Shown here piece by piece: positions 29,462 through 37,045 of a stretch of DNA of 64,000 nucleotides. Position numbers and translations under genes: made by a program. Where the stretch lies: NCBI GenBank assembly GCA_951812955.1, contig OX638340.1, positions 3,136,001-3,200,000 on the forward strand, given 5' to 3'. Each line of letters opens with the position of its first letter. Position 1 is the first letter of the stretch. The notes below the pieces were generated by a model. The model ran no database searches and had not been told where the DNA came from. It saw only the letters and a list, made by a program, of their open reading frames with translations. The stretch is from an uncultured Gemmatimonadota bacterium. GTDB lineage: Bacteria; JAAXHH01.

Positions 29462-32400
29462 TCATTGCTCCAACCTTTCCAGGCGATGGTCCAGCTGCCT
29501 GACAACCTGGTGTTGCAGCTTGAGCCGCCGCCGCTGCGAATCGATACTATGGCCCTGCGCGCGGAGCTGTTCGTGCTGGCCTATGACGTAAAGCGAGAGC
29601 TCTTCGATCTTCTCCAGCAGCAGGGTTTGCATCCGGCTGATGCCGATACCCTTGGCCTTCATCTCCACGCCGGAGGCCACGCCCGGCAGGTGGCCATGGC
29701 CCCGGATGTGACGCGCCACGTCCTCCAGGGGCATGAGGTCGTAGCCCGGCCCGAACACGTAGTCGGCAGGCGTCATCGGAACGTACACCTCCTCGGCCCT
29801 GATCTTGCCGTCCACGACGAGCTTCTGATCCGGACTGGAAACGCCGATACCCACGTTGCCGGTAAGCCGGTAGACGTTCTCGCCCGACACGGACCATGGA
29901 GTCGAGAATGGATCCATCACCGTGATCATGAAGGACACAGACGCGGGATCGCACCCATCATTTTCGGCCGTATCCGTAGCGGTAACCGTCACGGTTGCGA
30001 TCCGGCCGACCGATTTCGGATCGATCTTCAAGACGCTGCCTTCTATGCTCAACACCGCGATCTCCGGGTTCGGAGACGTGACCGTGATCTCGATTTTGTC
30101 CTGATCGAGTCGTTCGAAGTGTTCCGTCAGATCGATCGGCGTTTTCCCCGCGCCTGCGAACAGCGTCTGGTCCTGGATGGGAGCGTCCGTGATCGCGGCC
30201 GGACAGGGCAGGATCACCGTGATTACAAAGGATTGCGTCACCGGATCGCAATCCTGCTTGCTGACCGTAACGCTTAGCGTATCCGTACCGGCGGCCGCAG
30301 GCGTGACCGTCAGCGTGTCTCCGGCAAGACTTGTAGTCGTTACGGTCGAATCGGTGGAGTTGACTACGTAGTCCGGGTCGAATTCCGCCGGAAGCGAGAA
30401 ATATGTCGTCAGATCGATCGGGAGGGCGTCCCCTCCTACGGTGAGCCTCTGATCCAATATGCTGCCCATCAGCGCGGGGCAGGTTGCCGGTGGCGGCGGT
30501 TCGGTCACAGTGAGCGTCGCCGTGCCGGAAACATTGTCCACCGCTGCCGAAATCGTCGTGGAACCCGCATCCTGCGCCGTGGCCAATCCCGCGGTGCTGA
30601 TCGTCGCGACCGCCGTGTCGCTGCTCGTCCAGGTAAAAGTCTTGCCCGGGATCTCCATGTTGTCTGAGTCATAAGCAGTAGCGGAGAACTGCTGCGTCTC
30701 GCCCTCCTCGACCGTCGCTTCAGATGGACTCACCTTCACCGACGATGCCATCGGCAGCGTTGGCGGCGGTTCCACCACCCTGGCGTTGAATACCTGGCTG
30801 GCTCCTGTTCCGCATCCAACTCTGGAAACTGTAACTGTAACCTGAGCGTTACCGGCGATACCCGGAGATATAGCCAGGGTGCTATCCGTTCGACTGGCTC
30901 TCGCTACGTCAGCGTTCGACGACACGATCGTGTACGCAATGTTGCTCTTGTCGAGGTTGGTGAAATGCGAGTTGAGGTTCACTTCAACATCGCTTCCACC
31001 AATAATCATCGACACGTCTCTGCTGGGATGCATCTGCTTCACCGCGGGACATTCTGCAATCGGCGGTACAGGATCAACCGTTACGTTGAAGTCCCGCGTT
31101 ACGTCGGTGCACCCGGCTGCGCTGACCGTGACGATGACCTTTCCGGTATGCCCCTGGGTCTTGGGCTCGATTGTCAGCGTATGTCCGGATATGCTCACCG
31201 TCGCTGTGCCCGGGCTCGGATTATTGGCACTGTAGGTCGGGGTGACACCCTGTGGTATTTCGAAGTAGTCCGATACGTCCATCGTCACCGAATCACCGCC
31301 TGCAACCATCGCGGGGGGTGTAATGACGACAGTGTTTGCCGTCGGGCAGGCTGGCGGCGGTGGCGGCGGCGGAGGTCCGACGGATACGTTGAAGTCCCGC
31401 GTGACGCCGGTGCATCCGTTCGCGCTGGCCGTGACAATGACCTTTCCGGTATCCCCCTGGGTTATGGGTGTGATCGTCAGCGTGTCTCCGGATATGCTCA
31501 CCGTCGCTGTGCCCGGGCTCGGATTATTGGCACTGTAGGTCGGGGTGACGCCCTGAGGTATCGTGAAATAGGTCGATACGTCGATCTTTACCGAGTCCCC
31601 ACCCGCAACCATCGCAGGGAGCGTAATGGCGACGGTGTTTGCCGTCGGGCAGGCTGGCGGTGGCGGCGGCGGCGGAGGTCCGACGGATACGTTGAAGTCC
31701 CGCGTTACGCCGGTGCATCCGTTCGCGCTGGCCGTGACAATGACCTTTCCGGTATCCCCCTGGGTTATGGGTGTGACCGTCAGCGTGTCTCCGGATATGC
31801 TCACCGTCGCTGTGCCCGGGCTCGGATTATTGGCACTGTAGGTCGGGGTGACGCCCTGAGGTATCGTGAAATAGGTCGATAGGTCGATCTTTACCGAGTC
31901 CCCACCCGCAACCATCGCAGGGAGCGTAATGGCGACGGTGTTTGCCGTCGGACAGGAGGGTGGTGTCGTCTGTTCAGGCCCCACGACGACTCTGAAATCC
32001 TCCGATATACGCAGCCCTTCGGTATCGGTTGCGGTCACCGTGACCTTGCCGATCTCTCCTTCGGATTTGGGGGCCACCGTCACCTCGCTGCCCGATATGC
32101 TTACTTTGGCGACTGAAGAATCCGGGTCGTCTACCGAGAAGGTGAGGCTGTCTCCATCAGCATCGGAAAAATTGCCCGACACGTCGAAACTCTCCGACGG
32201 ATCGCCCACCCTTATATTTACGTCAGCAATGCTCCCCACAATCTCCGGAGCACGATTCATCACAGACACGCTGATGCTCTGCGTCGCCGACGCCTTGTCA
32301 ATGTCCTCGGCTTTTACCGTAATCGTCGCACTTCCTGAATTGCCGGAGGTGATGGTCACCGTACCGCCGGACACGCTGGCGGTGGCCACGGCCGTATTGG

Positions 32401-34663
32401 ACGATGAGGCACTGTATGTGAGCGCATCGCCGTCGGGATCGGTGAACTTACCCGAGACGATTACGTCCTGAGTGTGCCTGTTCTTGTAGAGGGTGACAGC
32501 ATCGATCGAACCCTGCGCCTGAGGGGATTTGTTCCGCACGGTGACCGTAAAATCGGTCGAAACGGAAGCGCTGAGTGCATCAGTCGCGGTCACTGTAACG
32601 GTCGCGTCTCCGCCGTCATCTTCAGATTCGATCGTCGCCGTACTTCCAGTAACGCTGGCGGTAACGATGTTCGTATTGGACGATCCGGCCGAGAAGGTCA
32701 TTTGATCGCCGTCGGGATCCGAGAAGTGCCTGGATACGTTGAAGCTATATGAGCTGTTCTTGTTTAACGATCTGTCAGGTATACTCTGCGATACTACGGG
32801 ACGCCTGTTGACCACCTCTACGGCAAAACCATGTCTGTTGCTGGCATCATCCGTATCCGTCGCAGTCACCGTGACTCTGGCTGAGCCAAGTACTCCTGGA
32901 TCGACCTCCACGTCGCTACCCGATACGCTGACCGTAGCCACGGAGGAATCGGACGAAGTGGCAGTAAAGGTGAGCGCGTCGTTGTCCGGATCGCGGAAAT
33001 TGTCCGAAACGTCGGTACTCTTTGTAGCCTGGCCCCTGTAGAACGTCATTTTCGAAATATCACCCTGTGGTTGCGGTATTCTATTGATCACGGTGACGTC
33101 AAAATCCTGCGTACCGGTGGCATCGTCGGTATCTTCGGCGGTAACCGTGATCGTGGCCGTACCTTTTACCCCCGACCTGACGGTCACCGTGCTGCCTGAT
33201 ACTCTGACGGTCGCCACGCTCGTTTCGTCCGATGTTGCCGAGTAGGTGAGGGCGTCGCCGTTGGGATCGGAGAACTTGCTTGAGACAGAGACGTTCCGGG
33301 TTTTTCCTTTCTTGTACAGAGTTATATTGGAGATGGTACCCACTGCCCGAGGCGGTTGATTGGTCACCGTGGCGGTGAAATCCTGTACGGCGGTCTCTCC
33401 ATCGGGGTCCGTGGCCGTTACGATGATCTTGCCCGTTGAGCCGGTAGCTACGGGTGCTATCGTGACGGTGCTTCCCGATATGCTCACCGTGACGATCGAA
33501 GGATTCGGGGAGTTGACCGAATAAGTGAGGGTATCGTTATCCGGATCGGAGAACTTGCCGGACACGCTGCGGGTTGCCGAGGAACCGCCCTTGTTAAGGG
33601 AGACGTCGCTGATGGATCCTACGGCTACAGGCGCCATGTTCGCGGGCGGTGGAGGCGGAGGAGCCGCCTCCACGGTGGCGGTAAAGTCCTGGGTGGCGGT
33701 GAGGCTGTCAGGGTCGGTGGCCGTTACGATGATCTTGCCCGTCGTGCCGGCGGCTACCGGCGCTATCGTGACCGTGCTTCCCGATATGCTCACGTTGGCA
33801 ATCGATGAACTCGGGGAATTGACCGAATAGGTGAGGGTGTCGCCGTCGGGATCTGAGAACTTGCCTGACACACTGCGGGTTGCCGAGGTGCCGCCCACCT
33901 GCAGCGTCACATCGGAGATGGACCCGACCGCTGTGGGCGCCCTGTTCGCTGGTGGTGGCGGGGGTGGCGGAGGAGCCGCCTCCACGGTGGCGGTGAAGTC
34001 CTGTGTGGCGGTAAGGCCGCCCGGGTCTCTGGCCGTGACGATGATCTTGCTCGTCGTGCCGGCGGCCACGGGCGCGACCGTCACCGTACTTCCCGCGATG
34101 CTCACGTTGGCAATCGATGAACTCGGGGAATTGACCGAATAGGTGAGGGTGTCGCCGTCGGGATCGGAGAACTTGCCGGACACGCTGCGGGTTGCCGAGG
34201 TGCCGCCCACCTGCAGCGTCACGTCGGAGATAGACCCTACGGTAGTGGGTGCCCGGTTCGCCGGCGGGGGCGGCGGAGGGTTCTGCACCGTGGCAGTGAA
34301 GTCCTGTGTGGCGGTAAGGCCGCCCGGATCCCTGGCCGTGACGATGATCTTGCTCGTCGTGCCCACGGCCACGGGCGCGACCGTCACCGTACTTCCCGCG
34401 ATGCTCACGGTGGCAATCGACGAACTCGGTGAATTGACCGAATAGGTGAGCGTGTCGCCATCGGGGTCTGAAAAGTACGACGAGGCGTTTACCGTTGCCG
34501 AGGAGCCGCCTACGTAAAGCGTCCCGACGTCGATATAGCTGACCGTCTGCGGCGCCCGGTTCTGCGGAGGCGCGGGGCCGGGTGGAAACCCCGGCACTGC
34601 TCCTCGCGCGGCCTGTCCCGGCCACGTTGCGAGCAGCATGAAACAAAGTAAAACGCGAAGCAT
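29462..34663 (-). CDS. giant cell-surface protein with >12 tandem Ig/cadherin-like ~100-aa repeats, poly-Pro linkers and a C-terminal fibre-like module
   Basis: Signal MLRVLLCFMLLATWPGQA after SD AAAGGA (ATG 34663). Repeats of ...FSDPDGDTLTYSVNSP...VTVAPVAAGTT..IIVTA.D.... PPPPPP linkers. Near-identical DNA repeats. Confidence 0.75.
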   Translation of the reverse strand: MLRVLLCFMLLATWPGQAARGAVPGFPPGPAPPQNRAPQTVSYIDVGTLYVGGSSATVNASSYFSDPDGDTLTYSVNSPSSSIATVSIAGSTVTVAPVAVGTTSKIIVTARDPGGLTATQDFTATVQNPPPPPPANRAPTTVGSISDVTLQVGGTSATRSVSGKFSDPDGDTLTYSVNSPSSSIANVSIAGSTVTVAPVAAGTTSKIIVTARDPGGLTATQDFTATVEAAPPPPPPPPANRAPTAVGSISDVTLQVGGTSATRSVSGKFSDPDGDTLTYSVNSPSSSIANVSISGSTVTIAPVAAGTTGKIIVTATDPDSLTATQDFTATVEAAPPPPPPANMAPVAVGSISDVSLNKGGSSATRSVSGKFSDPDNDTLTYSVNSPNPSIVTVSISGSTVTIAPVATGSTGKIIVTATDPDGETAVQDFTATVTNQPPRAVGTISNITLYKKGKTRNVSVSSKFSDPNGDALTYSATSDETSVATVRVSGSTVTVRSGVKGTATITVTAEDTDDATGTQDFDVTVINRIPQPQGDISKMTFYRGQATKSTDVSDNFRDPDNDALTFTATSSDSSVATVSVSGSDVEVDPGVLGSARVTVTATDTDDASNRHGFAVEVVNRRPVVSQSIPDRSLNKNSSYSFNVSRHFSDPDGDQMTFSAGSSNTNIVTASVTGSTATIESEDDGGDATVTVTATDALSASVSTDFTVTVRNKSPQAQGSIDAVTLYKNRHTQDVIVSGKFTDPDGDALTYSASSSNTAVATASVSGGTVTITSGNSGSATITVKAEDIDKASATQSISVSVMNRAPEIVGSIADVNIRVGDPSESFDVSGNFSDADGDSLTFSVDDPDSSVAKVSISGSEVTVAPKSEGEIGKVTVTATDTEGLRISEDFRVVVGPEQTTPPSCPTANTVAITLPAMVAGGDSVKIDLSTYFTIPQGVTPTYSANNPSPGTATVSISGDTLTVTPITQGDTGKVIVTASANGCTGVTRDFNVSVGPPPPPPPPACPTANTVAITLPAMVAGGDSVKIDVSTYFTIPQGVTPTYSANNPSPGTATVSISGDTLTITPITQGDTGKVIVTASANGCTGVTRDFNVSVGPPPPPPPPACPTANTVVITPPAMVAGGDSVTMDVSDYFEIPQGVTPTYSANNPSPGTATVSISGHTLTIEPKTQGHTGKVIVTVSAAGCTDVTRDFNVTVDPVPPIAECPAVKQMHPSRDVSMIIGGSDVEVNLNSHFTNLDKSNIAYTIVSSNADVARASRTDSTLAISPGIAGNAQVTVTVSRVGCGTGASQVFNARVVEPPPTLPMASSVKVSPSEATVEEGETQQFSATAYDSDNMEIPGKTFTWTSSDTAVATISTAGLATAQDAGSTTISAAVDNVSGTATLTVTEPPPPATCPALMGSILDQRLTVGGDALPIDLTTYFSLPAEFDPDYVVNSTDSTVTTTSLAGDTLTVTPAAAGTDTLSVTVSKQDCDPVTQSFVITVILPCPAAITDAPIQDQTLFAGAGKTPIDLTEHFERLDQDKIEITVTSPNPEIAVLSIEGSVLKIDPKSVGRIATVTVTATDTAENDGCDPASVSFMITVMDPFSTPWSVSGENVYRLTGNVGIGVSSPDQKLVVDGKIRAEEVYVPMTPADYVFGPGYDLMPLEDVARHIRGHGHLPGVASGVEMKAKGIGISRMQTLLLEKIEELSLYVIGQHEQLRAQGHSIDSQRRRLKLQHQVVRQLDHRLERLEQ
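31020..31930. repeat. three tandem ~303-bp near-identical repeats inside the adhesin gene
   Basis: Identical antisense ORFs 31323..31538 and 31626..31841. The internally repeated ORF 30965..31882 shows the same period. Confidence 0.7.
33525..34445. repeat. three tandem ~306-312-bp near-identical repeats inside the adhesin gene
   Basis: Antisense ORFs 33525..33830, 33831..34142 and 34143..34445 are near-identical. Confidence 0.7.
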
Positions 34664-34737
34664 GATATATCCTTTCATGGTATGCATCTGTTGGCAGATG
34701 GATTTGTACCGGCCGGGCCCTCGCCCGGTCCGGGTGG

Positions 34738-35118
34738 TCAGTAGCTCCATATCGTCGGCCTGGGAATGCCCGGCGCCTTGTCGAGGTCGTCGACGTGCAC
34801 GTAGCGGCTCCGGAAGTCCCCCCGCTGCCTGATGCCGATGCCGGTGAAACCGAGCATCAGCGCCATGCGGACGAGCCGGTGCGCCTTGTCGCCCGATATC
34901 GCGATGTCGACGGCCCGGCCGGCCAGATGGGCCGAACGGGACCTGCCCCCCACCTTGGCGTTGTGCTGGGGCGATCTGTACGCCGAGGTGACGATCAAAG
35001 GGAAACCGAGTTCCTCGCGCAGCAGCACGAGCCTGAGCATGAATCGCTCGTCCATCTCGTGCCTGCCGGTGTCCGGCGAGGAAAGGATCTGGTTCGGGAA
35101 GTACGGCCACGACTTCAT
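34738..35118 (-). CDS. peptidase M15 (VanY/YcbK-like zinc D-Ala-D-Ala carboxypeptidase fold), endolysin-like
   Basis: SAYRSPQHNAKVGG, SAHLAGRAVDI, YVHVDD zinc-ligand motifs. ATG 35118 preceded by SD AAGGAGG. Confidence 0.7.
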   Translation of the reverse strand: MKSWPYFPNQILSSPDTGRHEMDERFMLRLVLLREELGFPLIVTSAYRSPQHNAKVGGRSRSAHLAGRAVDIAISGDKAHRLVRMALMLGFTGIGIRQRGDFRSRYVHVDDLDKAPGIPRPTIWSY

Positions 35119-35247
35119 TTGCAAACCTCCTTGCCTTCCTTCCCCGGGACCCGATTTGTCGAACCCTCGGGGAAAGAAGACCTGTATGTACTGCGGTGAA
35201 CGATATGAACGCTTCTGCCAGGCGAACCGGATGACCCGGGTACGCAT

Positions 35248-35496
35248 TCACTTGAGCCGGCGGATCGTGAATGCGGGAGTATCCCATGCAGGATCACCTG
35301 CGTCCGCGTTCGGGGTGCTATGCGGAAGGACGCCGGACCGCCGGGTGGTCGCCCGGACGGTCCGCTCCTTCCCCTTCAACTGCTTGACGGCGGCTGACGG
35401 ACCGCCGTGTGCGGGCTTCCGATCGTTGCCGGGAGCCCTTGTATCTGCTTTGAGACCAACGCTGGTCGATCCTGCATCCGCGCGTTGCCGCTTCAT
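35248..35496 (-). CDS. small basic hypothetical protein
   Basis: 82-aa K/R-rich ORF. Start overlaps the stop of 35493..35702 (ATGA). Weak. Confidence 0.25.
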   Translation of the reverse strand: MKRQRADAGSTSVGLKADTRAPGNDRKPAHGGPSAAVKQLKGKERTVRATTRRSGVLPHSTPNADAGDPAWDTPAFTIRRLK

Positions 35497-35702
35497 TCCT
35501 GCTCCTTGTGCCTATCGAGCACGACCTCGTAGATCAGATCGATCTTGGCGGTCAGGTTCTCGATGTCCCGTTCGATCTTCGACAGGCGGACCTCGCGCAT
35601 GGTCATACGATCCACGAAGGGTGCGATGAACTTGAAAATGAAAATCCACAGCGCGACCAGGACGGCGATGACGACGATCCAGACCGATACGTTTTCCGGC
35701 AT
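35493..35702 (-). CDS. small membrane protein: single TM helix + C-terminal coiled coil (holin/spanin-like architecture)
   Basis: ATG 35702 with SD AGGAG. VWIVVIAVLVALWIFIF then REVRLSKIERDIENLTAKIDLIYEVV. Confidence 0.45.
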   Translation of the reverse strand: MPENVSVWIVVIAVLVALWIFIFKFIAPFVDRMTMREVRLSKIERDIENLTAKIDLIYEVVLDRHKEQE

Positions 35703-35843
35703 GTCGAGTTGCTCCTGATCCGGACTTGCGGCAGGCAGAGAAGTGAACAGGACGCCGCAACGGGCGAGCGGCCCGGTGCTTGTACCGGCCGGGCGCGCCT
35801 GCTTTCGTGCGGTCGAGTGAACAGGGTTTTCGGGAAAGGGCAT

Positions 35844-35940
35844 AAAAATCCCCGTGCCGTGGGTCGATCAGAAGTAGCACGGGGACGCTGGAAGGTCCGC
35901 GGGGTGCGGGTCCGCTATGGGGACGCGAGGGTATTCTGAT
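35844..35940 (+). repeat. 97-bp repeat copy B
   Basis: Near-identical to 28294..28390, same orientation. Minus-strand hairpin + T-run. Confidence 0.8.
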
Positions 35941-35979
35941 TCAGTTTTAAATCACGCCCGTGCGCGTTACACGAGCAGG

Positions 35980-36019
35980 TTGACAGATATACTATACACG
36001 TGATTAGTATATCTGTCAA
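35980..36019. promoter_or_regulatory. 40-bp perfect palindrome TTGACAGATATACTA-n10-TAGTATATCTGTCAA (operator or bidirectional terminator candidate)
   Basis: 15-bp perfect inverted arms around tacaCGTGat. Followed by CAGGGTTTTTC. Each arm begins with TTGACA. Confidence 0.45.
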
Positions 36020-36068
36020 CAGGGTTTTTCAAAAAAACACATTTGTTCTATTTTACTGCATGCAAGGC

Positions 36069-36488
36069 TCATGCTCCTTTCAATGCGCCCTGGTTCGTTG
36101 CCTTGCACCTGCGGCACCTGATGCTCCAGGGACGAGAGAAGTATCTGCCCAGCACGCGGCCGCATTTCCAGCACCGGGGCTGGTGGTCCGTAACCGGCGC
36201 GGGCCCCGTGGGGTTGCCGTTCAGATCCCCGACTCCCTTACCGTCGATATACGGATCACTCGGGGTCGCATCCCCGGTCTCGGCGAACCGCTCGTCTGAT
36301 CGGGAACCATCTTGCCCGTCCGATCGGGAATCGACGGACCATTCCGTCCCGCTGCTCCCGCTCGGTGTTATGGTCGTACCCTCCCGGTTCCGGCGCGTTC
36401 CGCACACCGGGCAGATCCAGTAGGGATACTCGCCGGACACGCGGAGCATGGACCGGCCACAGCATCTTAGATTGTTGCCGTGTGACAT
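36069..36488 (-). CDS. small protein with two zinc-ribbon-like Cys clusters flanking a D/G/S-rich linker
   Basis: CC-x15-CPVC near the N-terminus and CWKC-x17-CRRC at the C-terminus. SD GGAGAGAGG before the ATG. Overlapping plus-strand ORFs have implausible composition. Confidence 0.4.
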   Translation of the reverse strand: MSHGNNLRCCGRSMLRVSGEYPYWICPVCGTRRNREGTTITPSGSSGTEWSVDSRSDGQDGSRSDERFAETGDATPSDPYIDGKGVGDLNGNPTGPAPVTDHQPRCWKCGRVLGRYFSRPWSIRCRRCKATNQGALKGA

Positions 36489-37045
36489 AAGAAACACCTC
36501 TCTCCGTCCTCCCGGACGGCATAGACCGTGCGGGATTTAGCAGGCTCCTGCACGGCAAGTAGATATGAATATATACACAACAAATGTTTAGTAAACTTCG
36601 CCACCTGTCAAGACTTTAATGCATTATTTAAACTATCGATAAATTGTAGAATTCTCGATTTTGCCTGCTTCGTTTGAAAGCTGGATCCCGAAGTTATTGT
36701 AACCTGGCGGGTTGCGCGGTCATCGATTGCATGCTGGCGAAAGAATTCGACACGCAATCAGATACACCCTGGGAAGGCATCAGTTACTTCGTGCACGAAT
36801 TGGAGGGGAAAATAGCTCGGTGGAATCGGCCGGGGAGTGGGCATAGCGGTTTGAAGGGGAATATGGATCGGCGGAATCGGCCGGGGAGTGGGCATGGCGC
36901 GTCCGCCGCTTAACGAGATGGTATTACTTACGGGAAGACCTGCGAGTCAGAGAACACACTGACGGGTATCGTGCGAGGTATCGTGCGATACTTAAGTTGT
37001 ACAATTGTACAGGTTAATCTTCCTGGTCATCTTCCAGTATTGCCG

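Noticed and set aside
30965-31882. Repetitive plus-strand ORFs (30965..31882, 31323..31538, 31626..31841, 33525..34445) within the adhesin
   Set aside because: They are antisense translations of the tandem DNA repeats. They are useful only as repeat markers.
36000-36423. Plus-strand ORFs 36000..36299 and 36043..36423
   Set aside because: No SD and implausible composition. The minus-strand zinc-ribbon ORF is preferred, but with low confidence.
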